A stretch of DNA of 64,000 nt from contig CAWCKW010000012.1 in the NCBI GenBank assembly GCA_963796285.1, positions 288,001 through 352,000 on the forward strand. Reading direction: 5' to 3'. The position numbers and the translations under genes are program-made. The DNA is from Nitrospirota bacterium. GTDB taxonomy: Bacteria > Nitrospirota > UBA9217. Numbering within the stretch: the stretch's first letter is position 1; each line of letters starts with the position of its first letter. Below are positions 1 through 11,413 of this stretch, piece after piece. The notes under the pieces are model-generated. The model searched no databases and was not told the DNA's origin. It saw only the letters and a list, made by a program, of their open reading frames with translations.

Positions 1-1833
1 GCATCCATGGGGTATGATGTCGCGATCGAGGACGGGCCACTTCATCAGCCGCGACGGGCGTCATGCCATGCTGATCATCCAGACCACGGTCCCGATGATG
101 GACAGCCAGGGGAGCAAGGAACTCATCGCCGCCCTGCAGGAGCGGCTCAAACAGCTGCCGGCGTTCATTTCCGCGGACGTTATCTGCGGCCACCTCCATA
201 CGGTCAGCAACGAGCGCGTGATCAAACGCGATATCATGGTTGCATCGGCAGTGGCATCCATCGCCTTTCTCATTCTTTTCACGGTCGTTTTCCGCGATCT
301 TCGGGCGCTCTTTGTCTTCATCATACCCCTGATCGCGGTCGTCTGGGCGATCATCATAACCACCGCGGTGGAAGGCAGACTATCGTATCTCGTCATCGGA
401 TTCGGGTCCGCGATCGCGGGCATTTCGATCGACTACGGTCTCCTTGTGTATATTGCGATGAAGCGGGGCGCTGATGCTTCGCAGACCGCGAAGCTCGCAC
501 GACTGGTCATCATTGACGCAGTCACGACCATGTTCAGTTTTTTGGTTCTTTATTTTTCCATGATCCGCGGGTACCACCAGCTCGCGTTGTTCTCGGCGCT
601 CGTTGTGTTCATCTGCCTTGTTTTCTCTCTCTTTGTATTGCCGCTCATGCTGTCATGGAAGCACTACACCCTGGTCTCTGACCCGACCATCGGCGACCGG
701 TTGCGGAAGGTAAACTGGCCCGCTCCGTTGGCCGTCGGCGTCTGGGTGGTCCTGACGATCGCGGCGCTGGTCCTTTCCTTTTCCGTGAAGTTCGACAGCG
801 ATGTGAAAAAACTGGACGGCAGCGCTCCCGAAGTGCTCCAGGCGGAACAACGGTTCCACGAAGTATGGGGCGGCAAGACAAACCAGGCGATCTTTGTCGT
901 GACCGGATCGAGCTATGAGGATGCCATGGAGCGGAACGACCTCATCTTCCGCGAAGCGGCAAAAGCCATCGGGCCGCAGAACATTTCGAGCATCGCCCTG
1001 TTCTGGTCCTCGGAAAAAATGCGAGAAGAAAATATCGACCGCTGGGACCGGTTCTGGCAGGAGGGGCGTGAGGCGAAGCTTAAGAGGTTGATCCGTGTGA
1101 CATCGTCTTCGTATGGTTTTTCGGACAAGGCTTTTTCCCCGTTCTTTGACGGGCTGTACACTCACCAGATCGAAACAACGAATCCGGAAGGCCTCATTGC
1201 AAGACTTCAGGAACGCTTTGTTGTGCAAAAGGACGGGGAATACCGGATCATGTCCTTCTTTCCCGACGATCAGCAATACGTCGATTCGCTCACACGCGAT
1301 ATCCAATAAGCATCCCGGGAACGTTCATCGTATCGGGCAGGGTGCTGTCCGCATCCATATCGGCATTTACGTCAAAGGAAATAAAGATCCTGGCCCCGCT
1401 GGCGATCCTGTTCAACGTGGTCCTCGCATGGATGTTCTTCCGGAACTGGAAAGAGACCTTTATCGCCCTGGTGCCGGTCATCACCGGCGTTATCTGGCTC
1501 GTGGGCATCATGTCGCTCTTCAAGATGCCGCTCAATGTCGTCAATATCGTTGCCGCTATCGTCACGACCGGCGTTATCGTGGACTATGGCCTCGGGATCA
1601 CCTATGAATACCGGTACAACCTGCGCATCGGGACGGTCATTGCCGTGACCTTGTCCGCAGGTGCGAACGTGATCGGCTCCGGGGCCCTGCTGTTCGCCAA
1701 ACATCCGGCGCTCTATTCCACCGGCGTTGCAATGGTCATCTGCATGGTCTCGGGATACCTGTCTTCGGTGATCGTGATACCGTCCCTGTGCAGCATCCTG
1801 GGGACGTCGAAACAGGAAGGGCTACAACCATGA
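1..1833 (+). CDS. MMPL/RND-type lipid exporter of the aryl-polyene cluster type (5' truncated; frameshift near 1300-1340)
   Basis: ORFs 14-1309 and 1342-1833 each carry an MMPL-like TM bundle (GISIDYG and GVIVDYG motifs). Confidence 0.85.
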
Positions 1834-2509
1834 AACGATTCGTCATTTTGATGTCATACTTCAGGTGCTGGTTGCCGGATGTGTTCGGGTCCCGTTTCAG
1901 AAAACGAAGTCTGGTACCGCTTGATTCCGAAGACCCTCGGAGCATGGTAGAGCGTTTTCATTACGGACATCCCGCACAGTTTTCAATTGCTAAGCACCGT
2001 TGTTTTTGAGTATAATTGACGCAAATTTACCGGCATCGGTACCGTGCAGATAAACAGGTCGGACGGCGTTTTCAAGGTCGCCGGTATGAATCCCATGGGC
2101 GTTAAACTGTTCGAGCTCTCCGGCGATCAGCAGCAGCGTGACAAGCCATTATTCAATCGCGGATTTCTCCCGGTACGGCGATATCGCAACCGCGGTGGGC
2201 AACGACATCAGACGCATCTATTTTGATCTGGTCCCTGGTCCCGAAGCGAGTATCTGGAAAAGAAAATATAAACTGATATTTCGACAACCTGCCGGCACCG
2301 GCTTTCTGGAGTATGTCTTCGCCGGGACGCGTGGAGACCTGATCGAGAAGAACTATTATGAAGAGGGCGGGATCGTCTGGAGGGCATCGTATTACGAATA
2401 CCGGGAACAGGACGGAAAGCGCTGGCCGCAGGGGATCGTCTTCATTCATTACCAGCACGGGTACCGGTTGATAGTTAGGCAGAAGGAGTTGCGTTTTGAG
2501 CACGATTAA
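1830..2509 (+). CDS. DUF3261-like putative lipoprotein of lipid/APE clusters (frameshifts and one in-frame TGA at 2017)
   Basis: MKRFVIL..GC start; conserved-looking AGMNPMGVKLFEL segment; C-terminal IHYQHGYRLIVR; position after the exporter. Confidence 0.55.
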
Positions 2510-2886
2510 AGAAGAGATCGAACGCTACATGACCGGCCTGGACAAAGGAAGGCACGAGGTTGACTTCTCGCTTCGCATTCCCGCCCGGGTTCATTGGTTT
2601 TCAGGGGCACTTCCCGGAGAAGAAGATACTGCCGGGCGTGTGCCAGATCCAATGCGCGCTCTCCCTGCTCGAAAAGGGGAGTGGAAAGGCCGTGGTCCTG
2701 AAAGAGATCGTGCTCGCCAAGTATTATTCACCCGTGTTCCCTGACGATGAAGTGACCTGTGTGGTAAACGATATGGGGGACACGAGCGGAGAGATCGTCG
2801 TGAAAGCGGCCATCTCAAGGAAGACCGACAAGATCTCGGAAATGAAACTGCGCGTCTCCTATGACAACGGGGAGAACAAGAGATAG
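2496..2886 (+). CDS. Hotdog-fold 3-hydroxyacyl-ACP dehydratase (FabZ/ApeI-like), frameshifted
   Basis: FQGHFPEKKILPGVCQI motif. Confidence 0.8.
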
Positions 2887-2887
2887 C

Positions 2888-3374
2888 ATGAGGTCAAGGA
2901 ACAAGACAACCTATTTTGAGCGCGTCCCGGGAGTACCCGAGCCGATTGTCGTTGAAGTCAAGCGGCGGGTCCGGTTCAATGAGGCCGATCCCATGGCGAT
3001 CGCGTGGCATGGGCGGTATCCTCTTTATTTCGAGGAGGCGTCCGAGGAGCTTGGCAGAAAGTGCGGTCTGTCGTATGCGGACTATTTCGAAGCCGAGCTT
3101 GCGCGCGCCAGTTGTCGAATTCCACATCGATTACTATAAACCGCTGTTCCTCGATGAGGAATTTACGATCAAGGCATCGCTGATCTGGCACGAAGGGTCG
3201 CGGCTGAATATCGAGTATCTCCTGATCAAACAGGACAAGAGCATTGCGTCGAGCGCTTACATGGTACATCTGTTCACCGACCATCAGACCGGAGAGCCCA
3301 TTATGGTTTCACCGGAATTACTTGAACGCTGCCGAAGGAGATGGAAGGCAGGGGAGTTCCATCGCACACCATGA
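2888..3374 (+). CDS. Acyl-CoA/ACP thioesterase (YbgC/4HBT family), frameshifted
   Basis: VRFNEADPMAIAWHGRYPLYFEEA and PVVEFHIDYYKPL. Confidence 0.85.
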
Positions 3375-4626
3375 AACCTGTCGTCGTATCGGCGGATATG
3401 CTGACGCCCTATGGCAAGGGAACGGACGCATGCTGGCAGGGTTTGCTTGCAGGGCAGAGCGCCATATCCCGGGTCAGCCGTTTCAAAACCGCGGCGTTCC
3501 ACTCGGACTATGCGGGTATCATCAGCGGCCTGCGGTATCACGAACAAACCTCCCTGGTCATGCAGATGTTGCAGTCCTTGTTCGAAGGAATAGCTGTCCC
3601 CGAAGACGCGAAACTTCTGCTGGCAACGACCAAAGGGGAGATCGACCTGCTCGAACAGAGCATGCTTGAGAACAAGGGCGATGTTGCTGACGCAGTGGCC
3701 AGCAAGCTCATCAGGAAGGTGGCCGGCCTGACCAATGCGAGGGGCGGCGGGCTGGTGCTTTCGGCAGCCTGCACGTCATCAGCAGCGGCAGCAGCGCATG
3801 CAGCTGCCATGGTCCGGAACGGTCATGCGGACTGCGTGCTTGTGGTTGCCTGCGACAGCGTTACGGAGTTCATTTTTTCCGGGTTCTCATCGCTCATGGC
3901 GTTGGACAAACAGCCTGCACGGCCCTTTGACAAGTATCAGGGCAGGCCTGAACGTGGGCGAGGCCGCGGCTTATGCACTAATTATGAGCGAAGAACGCGC
4001 AGTACGCGAGAACCGTCCTGTTCTCGGGACGATAGCAGGCTGGGGCCTGAGCGATGACGCAAACCACATGACCGGCCCATCTCGCGAGAGCGAGGGCCTG
4101 ATCCTGGCCATCACGAAAGCGCTTGTCGTCCGCTGGCATCGGTCCCGATGATGTGGGTGTTATCTCCGCGCACGGCACCGGCACCGTTTATAACGACCAG
4201 ATGGAGATGCGGGCATTTCGTACGGTCTTTCAAGATCGCGAACGTCCGGTGTATTCCATAAAGGGCGGCATCGGACATACCATGGGTGCGGCCGGACTTG
4301 TGGAGATGATCATTGCGCTCTGCGCGCTCAGGGAGCGGAAGTCGCCTCCGACAGTGAACCTGAAAGATCCTGACGACGATGCGCGGGGATGGGTCTCGGA
4401 CCATCAGCAGCCGGTCCGCGAACAGACGTTGGCCCTGGTGACGAACGCGGGTTTCAGCGGAGTGAACACGGCATTGCTGCTGGGATTGATTAATAAGTAC
4501 GGTCTCACGAAAGTAAACAACGTGAATGTTATGCTAAGAACGGTCATGATCCCGAAGATTTTATCGAGGAATCAGGTATTAAACCGTATTCTCGATTGCG
4601 AATATTCTTGCGGATTACAGCTATAA
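3371..4626 (+). CDS. Beta-ketoacyl-ACP synthase (KS, FabB/F-like), frameshifted; conserved domain ends about 4490
   Basis: Catalytic motifs SAACTSS, SAHGTGT, GHTMGAAG and NAGFSGVN. Confidence 0.88.
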
Positions 4627-4660
4627 TTGACATTCGGTTCTGGTTTGTTCAGGTTAAGGT

Positions 4661-5340
4661 ATGATGTCGATTTCGGTCCACGGCATAGGATGGCTTACGA
4701 AAGAAGGATACGGCTGTATCAGGAGCGGACTCCAGCACGCGTATGAGATGGGCGAAGGCGCCCACACCTTGCCGAAGAGGGACATTTTTTCACATCCCTT
4801 TAAAAACTTCGGACGGCTCGACACTATTTCAAAGATGACCGCGTTTGCCGTAAGTCTCGCTCTGCAGGACGGCGGCATCGAATACTCGCCGACAGACAAG
4901 CAGGACATCGGGATCGTGGGTACGAATTGCGAGGGCTCGCTCCGGTCGGATATCGAGTACTTCAGGGATTACCTCGCTGGAGGGCGCACGCTGTCGCGGG
5001 GAAACCTGTTCATCTACACGCTGCCATCCAGCCCCCTTGGTGAGGCGGCGATTCATTTCGGCCTCCTGGGTCCTGTTGCGTATGTAGCGAGTGAGAACCA
5101 CGCGCTGACGGCCGTACTCGACACGGCAGAAGAGATGATCCTTGCCGACGAGGCGCCGGCCATGCTCGCCGGCACAGTCAGAAGCGGAAGAGGCGATCTT
5201 CTTCGTCCTGGCGCGGGACCACGGTCGGGGACCGGCAGGTTCTTTGCGGCCTTGAAGAGGCACGAGCTCTTGCGGAAACGAGCCTCGATCTATCGGGGTT
5301 GATACAGAAATTCTTCCGCATCGCAGAAAGAAAGGGATAG
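4661..5340 (+). CDS. Short ketosynthase N-terminal / chain-length-factor-like protein
   Basis: FGRLD..SKM and FIYTLPSSPLGEAAIHFGLLGP; no catalytic Cys/His motifs. Confidence 0.75.
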
Positions 5341-5341
5341 T

Positions 5342-6613
5342 GTGAAGATCAGACTCATTTATCCAAAATGGCCTAAACTTGAACGGCAGACGGAATTTCA
5401 TCTTCCTCCCCACGGTCCGATCTGTTTTGCGGCCACCGTGTCTGGCGACGACGAGCTTTTTTTCACGGACGAACATGTGGAGGACATCAACTTCGACGAG
5501 AAGGTGGATCTCATCGCGATCTCGTGCATGCTGACCTGCCAGATCACGAGAGGGTGGGAGATCGCCGATCAGTTTCGTGCACGGGGGATCCCGGTCATCT
5601 TCGGCGGTATCGGCACCATGATCCATGCGGAGGAAACCAGGCAGCATGCCGATTCGGTATTTCTCGGCGAGGCCGAAGGCCGTTTCGGTCAGGTCATCGA
5701 GGACCTGAAGAATAAGAGCCTCAAGAAAGTGTACGACTACCAGTGGAATTTCCCGAACATGAACGTCGTGGGGCCGGCGCGGAGAAACATTCTGAACCGG
5801 GAGCTTTACAACTATCGCGGGGTGCAGATGGTCGATCTTATCCACGCCTCGCGCGGCTGCCGGTTCAACTGTTTCTGCTGCTGTACGCCGTTCCTCGGCG
5901 GGCGTGAGTTCCGTCCCCGCCCCATCGATGACGTTGTTCGCGAGGTGGCGGCCATTGACAACAACCGCCTCTTCTTCGTGGACAACTCCCTGGCCCAGAA
6001 CGACCAATGGGAAAAGGACCTCTTTCGCGCGTTGATCCCCTTAAAGAAAAAATGGGTCTCTCATCCCATCAAGGACGATGACGAGATCCTGGACCTTGCG
6101 GCTGAAGCAGGCTGCTGGTACGTGTACCAGGCCATCTTCGATACGTCCGATTATATCCGGAACCGTGTGAAGCGTCTGCAGGACCGCGGCATCGGCGTCG
6201 AGGGGACGATCATCCTCGGGATGGACGAACAGGATGAGGATTACATCAAGCGGCTTGTTGATTTCCTCCTTGAGATCAAACTCGATTTGGCGGAGTTCAC
6301 CATACTGACGCCGTTTCCCCATACGCCGGTCCGCGATTTGCTCCAGAAAGAGGGCAGGATCCTGTCGAACGACTGGAACCAGTATACCGGCGGGCAGGTC
6401 GTGTACAAGCCGGCACAGATGACGCCGACAAAGCTGCAGGATCTCTATTACTATGCCTGGGACACCTTCTACAAGGAAACCAGCCAGAACCTCAGGATGG
6501 CCAAGCTTTTTTTGAAGGTCATTGAAAAGGAAAAGGCCGACGGAACGTACCGGGGGGGCAGCCTCAGGCGCAGAAAATGGCAGAAGGAAGAATCCACGGA
6601 GACGGTCCGATGA
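5342..6613 (+). CDS. Cobalamin-binding radical SAM enzyme
   Basis: N-terminal B12-binding domain; SRGCRFNCFCC (CxxxCxxC); FFVDN. Confidence 0.9.
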   Translation: MKIRLIYPKWPKLERQTEFHLPPHGPICFAATVSGDDELFFTDEHVEDINFDEKVDLIAISCMLTCQITRGWEIADQFRARGIPVIFGGIGTMIHAEETRQHADSVFLGEAEGRFGQVIEDLKNKSLKKVYDYQWNFPNMNVVGPARRNILNRELYNYRGVQMVDLIHASRGCRFNCFCCCTPFLGGREFRPRPIDDVVREVAAIDNNRLFFVDNSLAQNDQWEKDLFRALIPLKKKWVSHPIKDDDEILDLAAEAGCWYVYQAIFDTSDYIRNRVKRLQDRGIGVEGTIILGMDEQDEDYIKRLVDFLLEIKLDLAEFTILTPFPHTPVRDLLQKEGRILSNDWNQYTGGQVVYKPAQMTPTKLQDLYYYAWDTFYKETSQNLRMAKLFLKVIEKEKADGTYRGGSLRRRKWQKEESTETVR

Positions 6614-7980
6614 AAGTTTTATTGATCTCGGCCAATGTAACCCTGTCGCCCTACCCGCTCTATCCGCTGGGAGTCAGCATCATTGCAGGTGCGCTCACCA
6701 GGGCAGGCCACGAAGTCCGGCAGGCGGATTTTCTGCAGCAGAACAGCTCACTTGAGGCGATCGGCCGGGAAGCGCGTGAGTTCGGGCCTGACCTTGTCGG
6801 CATTTCAGTGCGCAATATCGACAACGTGAACCTGCTGCACGAACAGTATTACATCCAGAACGTCAAGAACATCGTGGGCGCGGTGCGGGAAGTCTCGAAG
6901 GCGAAAGTGCTCCTGGGAGGAGCGGGGTTCTCCCTCATCCCTGATCTGATCCTCAGGGAGACCGGGGCTGATTTCGGCATCATCGGCGAAGGAGAGGTCC
7001 TGGCTGTTGAGTTCGCGAACAACGCGGCAAAAGGGGTCTATCCAAAGGAAACCCTCATCAGCTCGCCGACAAAACTTCCGGGCAACCAGATCGACGCCGC
7101 CTTGTACGACGAACGGCTGCTCGAATTCTATCTTCACAGCGGCAACATCGCGTCCATTCAGACCAAACGGGGGTGCACCTATAAATGTGTGTACTGCACC
7201 TATCCGGTGCTGGAAGGCGCGGAACTCAGGAGACGCGATCCGAAAACAGTTGTGGACGACATGGTGGTTCTGCGCAATCAATACAAAACAAAGTATGTTT
7301 TCTTCGTCGATTCCGTATTCAATGATGACGACGGGGCCTACCTTGAGGTAATCAGCGAAATGGAACGACGGGACTTTTCAATGCCCTGGACCGCATTCAT
7401 AAAGCCGGGGGGCTTGACGGACGAGATCGTCGAGCGTATGAAGAAAACCGGATTCGCGGCAGCAGAGGTTGGTACCGACGCAGCCTGCGACACCACGCTT
7501 AAAAAACTGGGCAAGAGCTTCACCTTCAACGACGTCATCACGTCCAACGACCTCCTGGTACGCCACGGTATTGCGACCTCGCATTTTTTCATGTTCGGCG
7601 GCCCGGGAGAGACCGAAGAAACGGTGCAGGAGGGGATCAAGAACATTCTGAGCCTTCAGAAATGCGTGGCCTTTATTTTCATGGGCATCCGGATCCTGCC
7701 GAACACTCCCCTGGCCCGTCTGGCGATCATGGAAAAGCTGATTGCGCCCGATGACGGACTGTTGCAGCCCGTCTACTACATTTCGCCGACGGTCGATAAA
7801 AAGTGGCTCGAGGAAACGCTCACCAAGGCGTTCGCCGATGTACGTCATTGTGTGTTCCCGCCCGATGCCATGGACAACAGTCTCCAGGTGCTGCATAAGC
7901 TCGGCTACACCGGCCCCATGTGGGACCTGCTGCTTCCGAATAGAAAACTCCGGGAGAGGGCGCGAAATGCCGCAAAGTGA
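6610..7980 (+). CDS. Lipid-biosynthesis B12-binding/radical SAM protein (TIGR04072-like, ladderane-cluster type)
   Basis: SPYPLYPLG, GISVRNIDN, KRGCTYKCVYCTYP, GPGETEETV. Confidence 0.88.
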   Translation: MKVLLISANVTLSPYPLYPLGVSIIAGALTRAGHEVRQADFLQQNSSLEAIGREAREFGPDLVGISVRNIDNVNLLHEQYYIQNVKNIVGAVREVSKAKVLLGGAGFSLIPDLILRETGADFGIIGEGEVLAVEFANNAAKGVYPKETLISSPTKLPGNQIDAALYDERLLEFYLHSGNIASIQTKRGCTYKCVYCTYPVLEGAELRRRDPKTVVDDMVVLRNQYKTKYVFFVDSVFNDDDGAYLEVISEMERRDFSMPWTAFIKPGGLTDEIVERMKKTGFAAAEVGTDAACDTTLKKLGKSFTFNDVITSNDLLVRHGIATSHFFMFGGPGETEETVQEGIKNILSLQKCVAFIFMGIRILPNTPLARLAIMEKLIAPDDGLLQPVYYISPTVDKKWLEETLTKAFADVRHCVFPPDAMDNSLQVLHKLGYTGPMWDLLLPNRKLRERARNAAK

Positions 7981-9166
7981 CCCCCTCGTACAGGACCGGC
8001 TCTGGGTCGCTGTCCCCGTGTTCAACAACAAAGACACGGTGAAGCACGTAGTTGCCGAATGTCGTTCGATTGTTAAGCACGTCGTGGTAGTCGATGACGG
8101 CAGCACGGATGCTGATCTGGCGTCGCTGCTCGCGGGACTGGACGTGGTCCTTTTGAAGCACGGGAAAAATCTCGGTAAGGGCGCGGCGATCCTGACAGCG
8201 TCACGCTATATCGAAGAACGCGGCGGGACGTACATGATCACGGTGGACGCCGACGGCCAGCATGATCCCCGGGACATGGAACGGTTTTTCCCGCTGATGC
8301 TGGAGAGTGATGCGCGACTCATCGTCGGGTGCAGGGATTTTCATACGGATAACGTGCCCGCATCGAGCCGCTTTGGAAGGAAGTTCGCCAACTTCTGGCT
8401 CAAGGCCGAGACCGGATGCACGATCGATGATTGTCAGAGCGGTTTCCGCGCCTATCCTGTTCCTTACCTGAATCAACTTCGCTTCAAGGGCAGCAGGTAT
8501 GATTTCGAGGCAGAGGTGCTGGCCAAAGCAGCCTGGGCAGGGCTGGAACTCGTGATGGTGCCGATCGCCGTCCATTACCCGAAGCCCGGGGAGCGGGTAT
8601 CAAGCTTTAAACCGGTGCTGGACAATCTTCGGCTCACCCGCATCCATTCAATGCTGGTGGGCAGGCGTCTGCTTCCGTTGCCTCACAAAAAACTGGTGAA
8701 GAGAGAGCCTGGTTTCGACCTGTCCCTGCTTCGCCATCCGGGCAAGGTGCTGCGGCTGCTGCTTAAGGAGAACGCGACCCCGGAGGGGCTGGCCTTGTCC
8801 GCTGCTGTCGGCGTGTTCCTCGCCGTATTGCCGATCCTGTTCGCGCATTCGCTTGTGATCTTGTATGTCGCGCTCCGGCTGAACCTGAACAAGTTCGTGG
8901 CGCTGAATGTTCAGCATATAGCCATGCCGCCTTTTGTGCCGGCGCTCTGCATTGAAGTGGGGTACTATATGCGGCACGGCGCTTGGCTGACCGATCTTTC
9001 ATTTAAAACCGTATTCGAGCAATTTTCATCGCGGTTGTATGAATGGTTTTTGGGGTCCCTGATCATTGCACCTCTCACCGCTGTTCTGGTCGGAGGTCTC
9101 ATTTATATGTCCGCCCTCGTGATTAAACGGGTAAGGTGTCAGAATGCCGCAAAAGAAAGATGTTGA
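7967..9166 (+). CDS. GT2 glycosyltransferase fused to a DUF2062 membrane domain
   Basis: VPVFNN, VVDDGSTD, TVDADGQHDP, DCQSGFRAYP; hydrophobic C-terminus starting ENATPEGLALS. Confidence 0.88.
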   Translation: MPQSDPLVQDRLWVAVPVFNNKDTVKHVVAECRSIVKHVVVVDDGSTDADLASLLAGLDVVLLKHGKNLGKGAAILTASRYIEERGGTYMITVDADGQHDPRDMERFFPLMLESDARLIVGCRDFHTDNVPASSRFGRKFANFWLKAETGCTIDDCQSGFRAYPVPYLNQLRFKGSRYDFEAEVLAKAAWAGLELVMVPIAVHYPKPGERVSSFKPVLDNLRLTRIHSMLVGRRLLPLPHKKLVKREPGFDLSLLRHPGKVLRLLLKENATPEGLALSAAVGVFLAVLPILFAHSLVILYVALRLNLNKFVALNVQHIAMPPFVPALCIEVGYYMRHGAWLTDLSFKTVFEQFSSRLYEWFLGSLIIAPLTAVLVGGLIYMSALVIKRVRCQNAAKERC

Positions 9167-10046
9167 ACGAAAGAGAGGGAACAGGATCGGCTTCTGGATT
9201 TTCCGGGCAGCCGTGCGTGTCTTCGGCCTCAGGGGGGCATATGGGCTTCTCTATTTTGCCGCGCTCTATTATCTGATTGTCGATCGGGCTGTGGTTGCCG
9301 CGAGCATGGCGTATGTCAGGAGACGCTTCACCGGTCACGGCGCTCTCCGCCGCCTTCTTGACGTGTATTTGTTGTTCGTGAGCCAGGGGAAAAGCCTCAT
9401 CGACCGGTATTATGTGGCCGCAGGCGGCAGTGACATCGACCTCGAATTCATTGATGCTGAAAAAATTACCGGTTACCTTGCCGAGGGACGGAAAGGGATG
9501 ATCTTTCTGACCGCCCACGTGGGCGACTGGCAGGTCACCATGACGGCGCTCAGGAACCTCGGCCGCATCGTCCACATCATGATGCATCCCGAGGACAATG
9601 CAGCGGTGAAAGAGGCGCTGAGCGTCGACAGCGATACGGAATCGATCAGGATCATTTCCACAAACGGTGCCCTGGGCGGCGTGGTGGAAGCGTTGACGGC
9701 GATAAGCAGGGGAGAGATCGTTTCGATCATGGGAGACCGTACCTATGGGTATGCTTCGGTCGAGGCGTCGCTGCTCGGCGGGCACGTGCGGCTTCCCTAT
9801 GGTGTCTTCAGCCTCGCGGCCGCGGCTCGATGCCCTGTCGCGGTGCTGTTGTCGGCGAAGGTGGGGGTAAAAAAGCATATTACCGGCGTCGCACAAGTTA
9901 TCAACCCTCCCGCGGGCACTCGGGGCAACAACGAAGCGGAGCTCAAGGACTGTGTTCAGCAGTTCGCCCGGGCCCTCGAGGAGTATACTGTTCGCTTCCC
10001 CTACCAGTGGTTCGTCTTTCGCGACATATGGCAGGGAAATGATTGA
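9144..10046 (+). CDS. LpxL/HtrB-like lysophospholipid acyltransferase
   Basis: LTAHVGDWQ, IMGDR, FPYQWFVF motifs. Confidence 0.85.
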   Translation: MPQKKDVERKRGNRIGFWIFRAAVRVFGLRGAYGLLYFAALYYLIVDRAVVAASMAYVRRRFTGHGALRRLLDVYLLFVSQGKSLIDRYYVAAGGSDIDLEFIDAEKITGYLAEGRKGMIFLTAHVGDWQVTMTALRNLGRIVHIMMHPEDNAAVKEALSVDSDTESIRIISTNGALGGVVEALTAISRGEIVSIMGDRTYGYASVEASLLGGHVRLPYGVFSLAAAARCPVAVLLSAKVGVKKHITGVAQVINPPAGTRGNNEAELKDCVQQFARALEEYTVRFPYQWFVFRDIWQGND

Positions 10047-10078
10047 TATGATCGACACTTTACGGCAAGGAGATACTA

Positions 10079-10366
10079 ATGGAGAAGAACAAGGAGCAGG
10101 AACTGGCGGCAATACGCAAGGAACTCAAGGAAATGATCGTCCGAGATCTCTCGCTCGAAGACATCAATCCGGCGGATATCAAGGATGATGAGGTCCTGTT
10201 CGGGGAAGGCCTCGGCCTGGATTCCCTCGATGCTGTCGAGATCGTGGTGCTGCTGCAGCGCAACTTCGGCATGGAAGTGAAGAATATGGACCAGGGGAAA
10301 GAGATTTTCCATTCCATCGATACGATAGCCCATTTTGTATATGAGAACAGGAAAAAAGACTCGTAA
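10079..10366 (+). CDS. Acyl carrier protein
   Basis: LFGEGLGLDSLDAVE phosphopantetheine site. Confidence 0.92.
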   Translation: MEKNKEQELAAIRKELKEMIVRDLSLEDINPADIKDDEVLFGEGLGLDSLDAVEIVVLLQRNFGMEVKNMDQGKEIFHSIDTIAHFVYENRKKDS

Positions 10367-10388
10367 TGCCAGCATTACAGGCATCGTG

Positions 10389-11399
10389 ATGCATTTCATT
10401 TTAACAGTGTGGCTGTTGGCACTGTTGGCACTCATGGCTTCCTGCGGCAGCGTCAGCACCCGGGAACCCGTTATCCCGCGCGGCTCAGTCCCGCTGATCA
10501 CCTTTGTGTTCGATGACGGGAATGATACGGATTATTTGCTCGGCAGGGAGATCTTTCTTGAGCAGGGCTCTGTCGCCTGCTCGGCCATCACCACTGACTG
10601 GATCGATACCCCGGGGCATCTGACAATTGATCAGATACGGGGGCTCAGGGATGCGGGCTGGGAGATCATGAGCCACACCGTGTCGCATCCGAAGCTCACA
10701 TCGCTTGACGCCGCGCAGATCGAAGACGAGTTTGCGCGATCCAAAGCGACTCTTGAGCGCAGGGGCATACCGGTCCGTAACGTCGTGTATCCCAAGAACA
10801 TGAGCAATGAATTGGTCAGGAAGATCGCGAGGAAGTATTATCGTTCCGGCAGGGGCGGGACGTACGCGGTGAATACTGCGGACACTGATCCGTACTTTCT
10901 AAAATCCTATTCGATCAAACATGATCTCATCGGGCTTGAGCGTTCAATCGACCGTGCTTACGCAGGCGGATCATGGATCATTCTCTACCAACATGAGATC
11001 GACATCAAGGTCGGCGTATCGGGACGCAAGGGAGCTTTTATCCCCGGAGAAACACTGCATTTCAGCCCGTCGGGAGCTGTTGGAAGAACTGAAGCGCCGG
11101 CGTGGTTCCAGTATTTCGGCTCCCTGTATTTTGTCCCCCTCTCCGGAACTCCGAGGGAAGGGGACCGCATCGACGGGCAGAGCAGCGCCGCAACAGCGAG
11201 TATCGACCGTATTCTCTACGACGACCGGGCCCAGCTCCGTTCCCTGATCAAATACGTTCGAACGCAGTATCCGGAAATGCGGATCGTTACCATCGATCAG
11301 GGGTTGGATATTCTGGGAATGCCGAAGTGGGTAAAAGCGTCACAGGAATCCCCGTTGCAAGGTACTGTCAGGTCATCATCACCCGGCAGTCTTAACTGA
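10389..11399 (+). CDS. NodB-type polysaccharide deacetylase lipoprotein
   Basis: Lipobox LMASC; TFVFDDG; EIMSHTVSHPKL; VYP. Confidence 0.8.
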   Translation: MHFILTVWLLALLALMASCGSVSTREPVIPRGSVPLITFVFDDGNDTDYLLGREIFLEQGSVACSAITTDWIDTPGHLTIDQIRGLRDAGWEIMSHTVSHPKLTSLDAAQIEDEFARSKATLERRGIPVRNVVYPKNMSNELVRKIARKYYRSGRGGTYAVNTADTDPYFLKSYSIKHDLIGLERSIDRAYAGGSWIILYQHEIDIKVGVSGRKGAFIPGETLHFSPSGAVGRTEAPAWFQYFGSLYFVPLSGTPREGDRIDGQSSAATASIDRILYDDRAQLRSLIKYVRTQYPEMRIVTIDQGLDILGMPKWVKASQESPLQGTVRSSSPGSLN

Positions 11400-11413
11400 A
11401 GAATGCAGAAACT

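Noticed and set aside
2017-2019. In-frame TGA as selenocysteine or TGA-to-Trp recoding
   Set aside because: It is an isolated case at a probable Trp position; TGA is a normal stop in many genes here and TGG is used for Trp.
4829-10112. Long minus-strand ORFs (e.g. 4829-6007, 9123-10112)
   Set aside because: They are antisense shadows of well-supported + strand genes in GC-rich DNA and carry no recognisable motifs.
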